Sequence record: OQ790161.1 | Length of the DNA stretch: 64,000 bases | Direction: 5' to 3' (one strand) | In this document: positions 52,750-61,890 of the stretch, piece after piece | Numbering within the stretch: the first letter of the stretch is position 1 | Layout of the letters: the number at the start of each line of letters is the position of its first letter | Translations under genes and position numbers: made by a program | The notes under the pieces: generated by a model | Seen by the model: only the letters and a program-made list of their open reading frames with translations | What the model was told of the DNA's origin: nothing | Databases searched by the model: none

Positions 52750-53196
52750 ATGGGTGCTCACAGCACTGTCCATATCGCCAAGTCTGTTGCACGCTCGCTG
52801 TACAAAGCGCACGTGGGTTCAGACCTGGAAGTCACCAACAAGCAGATGGAAGATTTCTACGATCGTGTTCTGGATGATCGTCTCTACAACTGCATCTTGG
52901 TGGACGATGACGATGATCGTCTCAAGCCGGGAAAGTACGACAACGCCACCATGTCCGAATGGCAGCTGAAAGCCTATCTGATCCAGCACCTGGACGAAAA
53001 TCCCGGTGAGCGTCAGAACAGCGTCACTGCCGAGAACGCGGTGTTGCGTCAGATGCTCTCCCGTGTCTACCGGGGCATTGTCACTTCGATCGACTTCGAA
53101 AAGGACAGTGCCAGTGAGATCCAGCGTAAGTTGGATACCCACTACACTGACGCCCAGCGTCAATGGGAAGCACGCGAAACCAACCTGCGCGGCTAA
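52750..53196 (+). CDS. Hypothetical protein
   Basis: AGGAG RBS before ATG 52750. Confidence 0.75.
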   Translation: MGAHSTVHIAKSVARSLYKAHVGSDLEVTNKQMEDFYDRVLDDRLYNCILVDDDDDRLKPGKYDNATMSEWQLKAYLIQHLDENPGERQNSVTAENAVLRQMLSRVYRGIVTSIDFEKDSASEIQRKLDTHYTDAQRQWEARETNLRG

Positions 53197-53205
53197 GGAG
53201 CCATC

Positions 53206-53571
53206 ATGCTGTCCAATCGAAAAGTTGCAACAGGGATGGAGGTCACGTACTTCATCCCGGCGTTCTGGGCCGGTAGTTCTGACAACCTGCACCACGGGCG
53301 CTTCTTGTTCCGCCACAAGGGCAAGAAACGTAAGGGTAAGCCCAACTACCCGCCAACCAAACTGATCGTCAAAACACGGCGTCAGTGGCGGAAGGCGGAT
53401 CGGGGTCGTACGATCCGGGAACGCGACGAGGTCCGCCAAGCTCGTCGCGACTGGACCGCAGCGATCAAGAAGGAAAACGCACGCAAGCGTCGTGAGCGTA
53501 AGATCGCACGCTCGCCCAACGTGGTCCACCTGTTCATCGACAAGCACTCGCGCTTGTTCTCCAAGGGGTAA
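53206..53571 (+). CDS. Very basic hypothetical protein
   Basis: TAAGGAG RBS. Confidence 0.75.
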   Translation: MLSNRKVATGMEVTYFIPAFWAGSSDNLHHGRFLFRHKGKKRKGKPNYPPTKLIVKTRRQWRKADRGRTIRERDEVRQARRDWTAAIKKENARKRRERKIARSPNVVHLFIDKHSRLFSKG

Positions 53572-53574
53572 CGC

Positions 53575-53862
53575 ATGGAAGTGTATGTCTACGGGACGCT
53601 GGGTGTGATCTTGCTCTACGGAGTGATCGCCCAGTTGCTGGATTCGTATTCCTCCTACACCCACGATGAAGCGTGGCTGTGGCCGCTGTGGTTCCTCTTG
53701 GCATTGGTGTGCTGGTTGGTGATCTCCGTCATTACTGTCCATGCAGTGGTGGTGATCGTCTACAGCACGGGCGCTACTTGGTATCACCGCATCACATTGC
53801 GACTGTCGCTGTGGCGACAAAAGCGTGCCTACCTCAAACGTAGCTACAAAGTGGAGATGTGA
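53575..53862 (+). CDS. Hypothetical membrane protein
   Basis: Two TM segments. Confidence 0.7.
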   Translation: MEVYVYGTLGVILLYGVIAQLLDSYSSYTHDEAWLWPLWFLLALVCWLVISVITVHAVVVIVYSTGATWYHRITLRLSLWRQKRAYLKRSYKVEM

Positions 53863-54095
53863 TGGCCATTGGTCCGTGTGACTATGAGAAGCTGAAGGGT
53901 GTTTTCGAGAAGGCAGGTCTGACGGTTGCTGAACATCGCGAAGAAGGACTGGACATGCGTTGCCTCCAGTTACATGAGGATGCCCAGGAACGCAGCCATC
54001 AACACGATGGTAACACCGGTTACGCAGCTCGGTTCTTTTTCGATGACCGCGGTAATCTGGTGAAGTTTGCCGCAGGTGTCGACACCTGGCCTTGA
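53862..54095 (+). CDS. Hypothetical protein
   Basis: TGATG overlap. Confidence 0.7.
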   Translation: MAIGPCDYEKLKGVFEKAGLTVAEHREEGLDMRCLQLHEDAQERSHQHDGNTGYAARFFFDDRGNLVKFAAGVDTWP

Positions 54096-54104
54096 TGTGC
54101 ATGA

Positions 54105-54127
54105 CCCCCGCCCTTCGGGGCGGGGGA
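54105..54127. terminator. UUCG hairpin
   Basis: cccccgccc-ttcg-gggcggggg. Confidence 0.7.
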
Positions 54128-54210
54128 GTTGTGGGTGTTTTCGTTTTGTACTCAACTTGATTTCAAAACTACAACATCCCCTTGACCAACCACCTTCAAT
54201 TGAGAGAACC

Positions 54211-54627
54211 ATGCCCTATTTCACCGTAGTTGCCCAAGACACCCGCACTGGCCACAGTAAGACCGTTACCGGTGTCAAAGCGCCGAACAAGTTTGCCGCT
54301 GTGGACCAAGTTGCGCTGTCCGGCAACAAGAACATGGTCTACGACGTGTGGATGACCAAACACCACAAGCGCAACAACCGTGTCCGGAACTGGACCAAGG
54401 GTCGCGAACGTCACGAGGTTCGCGCACAGGGCCGTCCCTACTGGGCGGTGCTGGCCCGCCTGGGTCGGGGCGGTCACATGCGTCACATCAAGTCCAACGG
54501 TACGATGTGCTATCGCTACTACATGCAGATGGCCACCGATTCTTGGCGTGATAGCTCTTCTTTCGCCGCCGACCTTCTCCGGCAGCGTCTGCTCTCTGTC
54601 AAACACATGGAAGCACTGCATGAATGA
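54211..54627 (+). CDS. Basic hypothetical protein
   Basis: ATG 54211 downstream of promoter box at 54162. Confidence 0.7.
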   Translation: MPYFTVVAQDTRTGHSKTVTGVKAPNKFAAVDQVALSGNKNMVYDVWMTKHHKRNNRVRNWTKGRERHEVRAQGRPYWAVLARLGRGGHMRHIKSNGTMCYRYYMQMATDSWRDSSSFAADLLRQRLLSVKHMEALHE

Positions 54628-55105
54628 AAGGATGCTTAGTCCGATTACCTCTTCGGATGAAGAGTGGTGTCGGGCCCGTTACGATGACATGTTCGCACTG
54701 GCTAATCGACTGCACGGTAAGCAGACCGACCGTGCCGGTGTTTCCTACATCGTCCACCTGCATTACGTTAGCGTACGTCAAGGAAGCTACGCTGGGCGCG
54801 TGATCGCTCTTCTTCATGACAGCATCGAAGACAACTGTGTCACGGCGATGCAGTTGCGTAATTTGGGTATGCCAGAATCGATCATCGAGCGTGTGGAGGC
54901 ATTAGCCAAGAAGGAAGATGAAACCTACGAGGCCTACGTGGCACGTGTGATCATCGACCAGACCATGCGTCTGGTGAAGCGGGCCGATCTGGAACACAAC
55001 ATGACCTTGACCCGCCTCAAGATCATCACGGCCCGCGATCTGGAGCGGATGCAGAAATACCATCGGGCTTATGCCCTCATTCAGGAATATGGTCATGTCC
55101 GATAA
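54620..55105 (+). CDS. Stand-alone SpoT/Mesh1-type HD hydrolase ((p)ppGpp pyrophosphohydrolase-like)
   Basis: HGKQTDRAGVSYIVHL, ALLHDSIED, VEAL, VKRADLEHN. Confidence 0.82.
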   Translation: MNERMLSPITSSDEEWCRARYDDMFALANRLHGKQTDRAGVSYIVHLHYVSVRQGSYAGRVIALLHDSIEDNCVTAMQLRNLGMPESIIERVEALAKKEDETYEAYVARVIIDQTMRLVKRADLEHNMTLTRLKIITARDLERMQKYHRAYALIQEYGHVR

Positions 55106-55466
55106 ACCACTGCACAACGGGGCAAGCCCGCTGAGTCACGCCCTTGGCTTTGTCGGCGAGGAAGGAAACGAGATCGCACAAGAGATCTTCAAGATCCTGC
55201 GCTTTGGCCTGATGGACAAGCGTCCCAGTGCGCCTGATGGTGACTGCAATCTCAATCTCTTGCAGAAAGAGCTGTGGGACCTGGTGGCTACCGTGCGTGT
55301 GGTCAATCTGGAACTGGAGGCTCGGGGCTTGCCGCCGCTTACCCTGGACAATGAAAACGCCATCCAGAAGAAAATCACCAAGCTAGCCTACTACGGTCAT
55401 CGCGCTTTGCGAAACGGGACGTTGTCCGAACCGTTGCTGATCATGCCCACCCAATCCCCGGAGTAA
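55095..55466 (+). CDS. MazG-like NTP pyrophosphohydrolase
   Basis: GEEGNEIAQEIFKILRFG...LQKELWDL (EExxE...ExxD). Confidence 0.75.
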   Translation: MSDKPLHNGASPLSHALGFVGEEGNEIAQEIFKILRFGLMDKRPSAPDGDCNLNLLQKELWDLVATVRVVNLELEARGLPPLTLDNENAIQKKITKLAYYGHRALRNGTLSEPLLIMPTQSPE

Positions 55467-55469
55467 TCA

Positions 55470-56180
55470 ATGTCGCAGAACCTGTCCTCTTCACGCCTCG
55501 TTGTCGCACTGAATGACGTCCTGGAAATCACGGAAAATTTGAGGCTGATCGCCAACCATGACATGGAGAATGGCCTCGATGCGATTCGTGAGAAAGTCAA
55601 TCAGGCTTTGAAACCCGAACCGTTGATCCAAGACATCGATCCGACCCGCAAGGAACGCGACCCGCTGGACTACCGCCACATCGATGAGTTCCTCGATGAC
55701 ACGATGATCCAGTTCTCGCATCCGGAACTGAAGTACGTCAACTTCTTCCTCTCCCATGCCCGCAAGTCGGCATCGGAGCGGCTGATGCACGACCCGTTCA
55801 TGGCGCAGTTCCAGCTGTTTGCTGACTACGAAGGCAAGACCTACCAGATCACCGGCGCCAGCCGGCTGGGTGACATTTGGCTGACCGAGGACTTCCGCAA
55901 GGACGCTCAGTACAGCCATCGTGTCGAACCGGACTTCCGCAAGTTCTCCAACTGGCGTGACAAGGCCGACTGGAAGCTGAGCCATGACGAACGCATGGTG
56001 TTGGCCTATGCCAGTGGTTTTGAAATCACCCGGTTGGTCGGCAAGCGCACTCCGACCACGTACACACTGAACTGGATGTCCAGCAATGGCATTCCGGAAT
56101 GGTACAGCGAAACCACTCCGGAACAGCGCAAGGCTCTCTACGATCACATGCTCGCCGACGCCAAGCGCCGCGCCTCGTAA
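55470..56180 (+). CDS. Hypothetical protein
   Basis: GGAG RBS. Confidence 0.8.
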   Translation: MSQNLSSSRLVVALNDVLEITENLRLIANHDMENGLDAIREKVNQALKPEPLIQDIDPTRKERDPLDYRHIDEFLDDTMIQFSHPELKYVNFFLSHARKSASERLMHDPFMAQFQLFADYEGKTYQITGASRLGDIWLTEDFRKDAQYSHRVEPDFRKFSNWRDKADWKLSHDERMVLAYASGFEITRLVGKRTPTTYTLNWMSSNGIPEWYSETTPEQRKALYDHMLADAKRRAS

Positions 56181-56207
56181 GTTCTGTATACCCAAGAGAA
56201 GGACATC

Positions 56208-57581
56208 ATGTACAAACTCTCCGCTTTCGAGTTGGATCGCCTGTTCTGGATGAATGCCCACGTGGGCACACCGATGGGTATCCTCTACTCGGCACCTGAG
56301 CTGGAAGAAGTCAAGGACATCGTCTACCCCATTGCCATCATGAACATGGTCACCCACATCGGCCATTTCAACGGCCGTAGTTACCTGTTCACTTTCCCGT
56401 TCAAGGACGATGCCGCTGCTGCTGAGCATGCTGCACTCCACCGCGAAAACGGAATGGCAACAGCGCTGCCGGTGTTGTGGGAACTGTGCCGTCGTCCGTT
56501 CCCCAAGCGGTTGGAAGTGGGCGCAGGCCACCAACGTGGTCTCAAGGATCGTGATTTCAGCCGCCTGCTGGATCTGTTCATTGAAGAGCGCATTTACTCC
56601 CTGATCGGCAAGACCAATCCGACGCAAGATACGGACTGGTGGATCGGGGCGTTCTGTGGTGATGTGTTCTTGATGGGCGCTGACTCGCAGTACATCCCCT
56701 TCAGCCTGCTGTCGACGCTGTCGGAGATCAACAAGCTCCATGACGTGCACGGCGTGCGTGCTTTGATCGGCCATCTGCGTGGTATGGAACCGCGTCAGTG
56801 GGCGGACAGTCCAGCCTACCATGCCGCTCTGAAGTGGATCGCCGAGTCTGAGCTCAAGCGCGAAGAGGTTCCGGTCGAGCCGAAGAAACGCAACCCGCCC
56901 AAGCCCAAGCTCCCGCCGGAGCCGGCCCTGCTTCCGCGTTATCAGGAAGTGTTGGCGAAGATGCGCGAAGCAGGCGGGACGATCAAAGGACCGAAGGACT
57001 CTGTTACCTTCGGCCCTGAACGCTTGTTCGAAGGCGCGCGTCTGTGCGTGATGCCCATCGAGATGGCCGCTGCTGTGTGGTTGGTCATCAAAGAAGAGAT
57101 CACGATGGCGCAGGCTGGTCGGCTGACCGGTCGTACCGGCACACGGGTCAGTCAGCTGATTGCCAAGTCCAACCGGGTCAACAACTGGTATCTGCGTCGG
57201 GATGAACTGGCCCAGCTCAAGGCCTACGCTGATGGGCTGAAACTGACCACCTTCAGTGGTTGGGACATCACCCCGATGATGTGGGATCCCACTGACATCC
57301 GCCACTGCTATGACGGCAGTGGCAAGCGCATCTATCTCAACCATCGCGAGACCGAGACGATCTTCAGTCAGGTGTTGCCGGTGGTCACCACCACGCCGGA
57401 AGAGTGGTACGTGGCAGCAGCGGTAGATGACTACGGTCTGGTGTTGGCACTGGGCGTCCGTCGCAAGGTCGAAGATCCCAATGAGACCTTCCGTCTGTTC
57501 AGTATGGATGCGGAGATGGACAAGCTGGGGCTGATGGAGCGCATTCACGAGTACCTGCGTGGATTGGCTCCGCTGGAATAA
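56208..57581 (+). CDS. Hypothetical protein
   Basis: AAGGA RBS; 457 aa. Confidence 0.8.
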   Translation: MYKLSAFELDRLFWMNAHVGTPMGILYSAPELEEVKDIVYPIAIMNMVTHIGHFNGRSYLFTFPFKDDAAAAEHAALHRENGMATALPVLWELCRRPFPKRLEVGAGHQRGLKDRDFSRLLDLFIEERIYSLIGKTNPTQDTDWWIGAFCGDVFLMGADSQYIPFSLLSTLSEINKLHDVHGVRALIGHLRGMEPRQWADSPAYHAALKWIAESELKREEVPVEPKKRNPPKPKLPPEPALLPRYQEVLAKMREAGGTIKGPKDSVTFGPERLFEGARLCVMPIEMAAAVWLVIKEEITMAQAGRLTGRTGTRVSQLIAKSNRVNNWYLRRDELAQLKAYADGLKLTTFSGWDITPMMWDPTDIRHCYDGSGKRIYLNHRETETIFSQVLPVVTTTPEEWYVAAAVDDYGLVLALGVRRKVEDPNETFRLFSMDAEMDKLGLMERIHEYLRGLAPLE

Positions 57582-57587
57582 GGTGAA

Positions 57588-57618
57588 CCCCCTGCCCTTC
57601 GGGGCAGGGGGGCATATG
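57588..57618. terminator. UUCG hairpin followed by TATG
   Basis: ccccctgccc-ttcg-gggcaggggg-gca-tatg. Confidence 0.75.
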
Positions 57619-57711
57619 TCGTTTCTTATTTTTCTGCCCTATTCCTTAGAAGCAAAACTGGGTCAAACCCATACTATCGAGATGAGCTTAATCCGAACCG
57701 AAGGAACCCCT

Positions 57712-60435
57712 ATGTTGGACCCTCGCCTCGCCACGCAGTTGGCTAAGTTTGAGATCCGTGACGGCAAGTACATTGCCTATCACAACGAAGGTTGCGAGCC
57801 GTTCATCTTGGGCGGCGGTGAACGACTGGACCAGCGCGAATTGCTGGATGATCGTGTCCTGTACTGCCATTACGCCATGGACGGACAGTGGGTGGCCACC
57901 CGTGTCTATGAACTGGCCATCAATGCTACGGTGGATCAGGTCTGGTACACTGAATCACTCAACGAATGGCAAAGTCTGTCAGCCCGTGATCTGCGTCCCG
58001 GTTTTGGCATGCCGCCCACCGAGAAACTGTTGAAGCTGGTCGAGCAAGGTAAGCGGTTCTTCCTGTTCCGCGACACCAAGAACGATGAGGATGAAGCAAT
58101 GGTGTTCCCGCCCACCGCCGTAGTGACCAAGATCACCGAAGTGTCCAAGGGCCTGACCTCGCAGGACTATGTGGGTGGTGAGATCGACCTGTTGACCACG
58201 GTCATCGCCAAGGCGCAGAAGGATTATCATGATCTGGATGCCCCCACGATGTCTGATGCTCAGTACGATGCGTTCATCAAATCCGCCCACACCTACATCA
58301 AGGACTACCCCGGTGAGCGTACGGCGGCGCTGAAGGAAGCCGTCACGCGCGTAGGTGCCAAACCCACCCGTGGTTTGTATCCGGTGCGTCATAACGAACC
58401 GATGCTGTCGCTGGATAACGTGTTCACTGCTGCTGAGTTGCAGGACATGTTCACCAGCTGGGGCATCCAAGACGGAGAGGTGATCGAGTCGTCCTACAAG
58501 TACGACGGCCTGGCGTGTTCGCTGCTGTACAACGCTTGGCGGTTGGTGGAAGCAGCTACCCGTGGCGATCGCTTTGAAGGAGAGAGCATCCTCCACAACG
58601 TGGTTAGCTTTGATTCCATTCCCAAGTCGCTTCCGCCCAAGGCGCCGGACGGGCTGGAAGTACGTGGCGAGCTGGTCATGTTCGATGATGAGTTTGAACG
58701 CTACAACGAACGACTGACTGCACTGAACCGTGCCACCGCCGTTAACCCGCGCAACGCTGCTGCCGGCATTGCACGTCGTCTCAACAGCGACAAGCTCCCC
58801 GGTGCCCAGTTGGTGTTCTTCCCCTACGGTGTGCGCTTCCCTGAAGGCGGCCAGCCGGCCAGTCATGGTGAGGCACTGGCCAAGTTGCAACAGTGGGGCT
58901 TTGGTGATCCGTGGCTGCCGCCGCAGTTGGTGTATGACAGCAAGAATCCCGAAGCCCTGATCGACTACCTCGATGCCCGGTTGAAGGAACGCAGTACCTT
59001 GCCGTTTGGCATTGATGGGATGGTGTTCCGTGTGGGCAACTACGCCCGTTGTAAGGAGCTGGGCTTTACCTCGCGCGCACCGCGCTGGGGTATCGCCTAC
59101 AAGTTCCCGGCTGAGGAGAAGACCACGTTCGTGCGCAACATCCGGTTGCAGATCGGCCGTACCGGCAACGCCACCCCGGTGGCAGAAGTCGATCCGGTAC
59201 TGGTCGGTGGGGTGACGGTTACCAATGCGACGTTGCACAACGAAGACCATATCGCCCGGCTGAATCTGGCCATCGGCGATGAAGTGATTATCCGACGGGC
59301 AGGTGATGTCGTGCCGGAGATCGCTGCGGTGGTCCATCGTCCTCAAGACCGTGTGTGGTGGGCATTCCCTGATCACTGCGAGTGTGGTGGTGATCTGGTG
59401 CGAGTGAACGGTCAGGCCAACCACATCTGTGTCAATCCGGACTGTGACTTCAAGATCCTGCGGGGCTTGGAGCATTTCGTGTCCCGCAACGCCATGGACA
59501 TTGAAGGACTCGGTGAGGAGTTGCTGGAAAAGCTCTTCATGGCCAACAAGGTACGTACCTTCATCGAGCTGTACACCTTGAGGGCACAGGACATCTTGGA
59601 GGTAACCAGCGAAACTTCCACGCGCTACGCCCAGTCGATCATCGAGGCCATCAACAAGAGTCGTACCACAACGGTCCGACGCTTCCTCTACGCCTTGGGC
59701 ATTCCCAACGCCGGCGAAGGCACGGCCAAGCGACTGCACGAGTACCTGGGCTCGCTCCGGGCGATTTACGGTGCACCCATGCCGGTGCTCAAGGCGATTC
59801 CGGACATTGGACCGGTGGTGGCTGAAAGCATCCGCAACTTCATGAAAGGTGGCAGCTGGATCGTGGATCTGTCAAGCCATGGAGGGTTGAAGTTCACCGA
59901 CGAAATGGGCCCCTCACCTGAGTTGGGTACCTTGGAAGTTCCGCAGCTGCTGAAGCTGTCGGGGATCAAGGGACTGACGGCAAAGCGACTGGAGCAGATC
60001 CAACGCTGGGCTCACCATTACGGTTGGTGGGAGATCATGGCGCCGGAGGCCGAACCGTTGCCGGACGAGGAACACGCTCACGCAGATGCCTTCTACACCC
60101 AATGGCAAGACGAACTCCAAGAAGTGGCCAAGGCCGTTCAGTTCGTCAAGTACTACGGTCGACAGGTGCGTCAAGTCGAAGGTAACCAGCCGCTGGCGGG
60201 AATGACCTACGTGATCACCGGTGGGTTTGATGACACCTTCGGCACCCGTGAGCAACTGGGTAAGCTGTTGGAAGATCTGGGCGCCAAAGTCTCCAGCAGT
60301 GTGTCGGCCAAGACCTCTGCGGTGATTGTCGGTGAAAGCCCTGGTGCCAGTAAGCTGGACAAAGCCAAAGCACTGGGCATTCCCACGCTGTTCCACAACG
60401 ACCTGCGCGAGCTGTTGTCCAAGCACTCGCAGTAA
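57712..60435 (+). CDS. ligA: NAD+-dependent DNA ligase with N-terminal extension
   Basis: YHDLDAPTMSDAQYD, HNEPMLSLDN, KYDG, EVRGE, NPRNAAAG, DGMV, RAPRWGIAYKF, IGRTG, C4 Zn finger, HhH, BRCT. Confidence 0.97.
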   Translation: MLDPRLATQLAKFEIRDGKYIAYHNEGCEPFILGGGERLDQRELLDDRVLYCHYAMDGQWVATRVYELAINATVDQVWYTESLNEWQSLSARDLRPGFGMPPTEKLLKLVEQGKRFFLFRDTKNDEDEAMVFPPTAVVTKITEVSKGLTSQDYVGGEIDLLTTVIAKAQKDYHDLDAPTMSDAQYDAFIKSAHTYIKDYPGERTAALKEAVTRVGAKPTRGLYPVRHNEPMLSLDNVFTAAELQDMFTSWGIQDGEVIESSYKYDGLACSLLYNAWRLVEAATRGDRFEGESILHNVVSFDSIPKSLPPKAPDGLEVRGELVMFDDEFERYNERLTALNRATAVNPRNAAAGIARRLNSDKLPGAQLVFFPYGVRFPEGGQPASHGEALAKLQQWGFGDPWLPPQLVYDSKNPEALIDYLDARLKERSTLPFGIDGMVFRVGNYARCKELGFTSRAPRWGIAYKFPAEEKTTFVRNIRLQIGRTGNATPVAEVDPVLVGGVTVTNATLHNEDHIARLNLAIGDEVIIRRAGDVVPEIAAVVHRPQDRVWWAFPDHCECGGDLVRVNGQANHICVNPDCDFKILRGLEHFVSRNAMDIEGLGEELLEKLFMANKVRTFIELYTLRAQDILEVTSETSTRYAQSIIEAINKSRTTTVRRFLYALGIPNAGEGTAKRLHEYLGSLRAIYGAPMPVLKAIPDIGPVVAESIRNFMKGGSWIVDLSSHGGLKFTDEMGPSPELGTLEVPQLLKLSGIKGLTAKRLEQIQRWAHHYGWWEIMAPEAEPLPDEEHAHADAFYTQWQDELQEVAKAVQFVKYYGRQVRQVEGNQPLAGMTYVITGGFDDTFGTREQLGKLLEDLGAKVSSSVSAKTSAVIVGESPGASKLDKAKALGIPTLFHNDLRELLSKHSQ

Positions 60436-60437
60436 GG

Positions 60438-60468
60438 CATAACGCCCCGGCTACGGCCGGGGCTTTTC
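60438..60468 (+). terminator. Terminator with UACG loop, preceded by CATA
   Basis: gccccggc-tacg-gccggggc-ttttc. Confidence 0.8.
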
Positions 60469-60479
60469 TTGAGGACGTA

Positions 60480-61256
60480 ATGACCATCATTGCAGTGACC
60501 CAAGGTTTGGTGTTGGCCGATGCCTTGCGTATGGATAAGGATGGCAAGCCGTACTACCAGAGTGGGAAGATCCACACCTACTCCAAACCGGTGCGCTTGC
60601 GCAGTACCGAGCAGGGCTTCTCTGACTTGTTCTACGGCTTTGCCGGGTCAGGGGAAGACGAGGCCATCCACGCTGCCGGTAAGGCGGCTGGGATTTGCCA
60701 GATGGACCTGTGGTTGGCAGGCTACAACGACGCAGATCGTTTGCGGTTGCTGACTGACCAGACCAGCTTCTCGATCATGTTCTTCGGGCTCAACGGAGTG
60801 ATCTTGGCTGAGATCATTTCCGGGTCGATCTCGATGATGTATTACAGCTACGGTGATTACGTCCGCCTTGCCACCGGTTCAGGGTGTGCGGCGTGGAATC
60901 GCCTGATGCGCGATGGCAAAGACAACATTTGTCCGATCCGTGCCATGTACGGTACGTTCGCCATGGAGCCCACCTGTGGCGGAGAGATCGAGGTGTGGGC
61001 CCTACCCAACGAGGCGAAGGGTGCTTTTACCAAGATCGCCACGTATCCGCACCGTACCCTGTTCGAAAGTTTTCGAATGGCCGGTTCACCCAAGAAGTTT
61101 CATCACCTGAAGGAATCGAAAGAATGGCTGAAGTCACTTATCCCGCGCTTGGAGCAAAACTCAGCAAAGCGCTCAAAGGGAAAGACAAAACCGCCGCCGC
61201 AGGGGCTGCTGGACTTACTGTACAGCACCTGGAGCAAGCGGCCGCCGGAACCTTGA
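60480..61256 (+). CDS. Ntn-hydrolase (HslV/proteasome beta-like) protein
   Basis: N-terminal MTIIA, LADA, K, GFAGSG, ATGSG, TCGGEIEV. Confidence 0.6.
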   Translation: MTIIAVTQGLVLADALRMDKDGKPYYQSGKIHTYSKPVRLRSTEQGFSDLFYGFAGSGEDEAIHAAGKAAGICQMDLWLAGYNDADRLRLLTDQTSFSIMFFGLNGVILAEIISGSISMMYYSYGDYVRLATGSGCAAWNRLMRDGKDNICPIRAMYGTFAMEPTCGGEIEVWALPNEAKGAFTKIATYPHRTLFESFRMAGSPKKFHHLKESKEWLKSLIPRLEQNSAKRSKGKTKPPPQGLLDLLYSTWSKRPPEP

Positions 61257-61429
61257 TGCCCGAGCTGGAGCAGATGCACCGGCTGGCCAAGTTCCTGGGT
61301 GTCCGACCCAAGACCCTTTCCGATGCGGCGATGGATGACCTGGCCGCAGCGGCCAAGGCCAAGATCCGCCCGTCCGTGCCCAAGCTGCCGGAAAGCCGCT
61401 CGCCCAACAAGCCGGTCAATAGCTGGTAA
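61124..61429 (+). CDS. XRE-type helix-turn-helix protein
   Basis: KLSKAL...AAGAAGLTVQHLEQAAAGTLMPELEQMHRLAKFLGV; AAGGA RBS. Confidence 0.7.
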   Translation: MAEVTYPALGAKLSKALKGKDKTAAAGAAGLTVQHLEQAAAGTLMPELEQMHRLAKFLGVRPKTLSDAAMDDLAAAAKAKIRPSVPKLPESRSPNKPVNSW

Positions 61430-61438
61430 GGAGTTCCC

Positions 61439-61792
61439 GTGCAACAGACCCGTATCAGCGATACCGGCTATTCCTCCCCGCCGCTGGCCACACAAGGCGA
61501 GTGCTTCTTGGTCCGACGTTCGGCCGGCTGCGGCTGCTGTCCTGAAGAGGTTCGTTTCTTCGGGCCGTGGCTGAACAAGGACGAAGCCGAAGAGTACGCC
61601 GTCGAACAGCGCAAGGATGAGCGCTACAGCAACCGCGAGTTCTCCGTGGGTTCGGTCTCCTATGAGATCGCCAACAACTGGCTGATCCTCAAGGAGCGTT
61701 ACGCCTTGCAGGATACCTTCATCGACTTGCCGGGACGGGAGAGCTGGAACAAGGAACTGGAAGACTTCGAAAAGCTCTTCAGCTATTTCTGA
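61439..61792 (+). CDS. Hypothetical protein
   Basis: TAAGGAG RBS, GTG start. Confidence 0.75.
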   Translation: MQQTRISDTGYSSPPLATQGECFLVRRSAGCGCCPEEVRFFGPWLNKDEAEEYAVEQRKDERYSNREFSVGSVSYEIANNWLILKERYALQDTFIDLPGRESWNKELEDFEKLFSYF

Positions 61793-61827
61793 TTACGCAA
61801 GCGCCGTATGGTATGTAAGAGGTGGTG

Positions 61828-61860
61828 CCCTCCTAGCTCAGGCTAGGAGGGTATTATTTT
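61828..61860 (+). terminator. Hairpin with U-rich tail
   Basis: ccctcctagc-tcag-gctaggaggg-tattatttt. Confidence 0.65.
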
Positions 61861-61890
61861 GCCGCTTATGCGGTTTTCAAGGAAACGACT

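Noticed and set aside
55491-59739. Long antisense ORFs (e.g. 55491..57548, 57979..59739, also 28840..31083, 25503..27185, 8516..9988)
   Set aside because: These are shadow frames opposite clear genes, expected from high GC3 codon bias; no RBS or recognisable motifs
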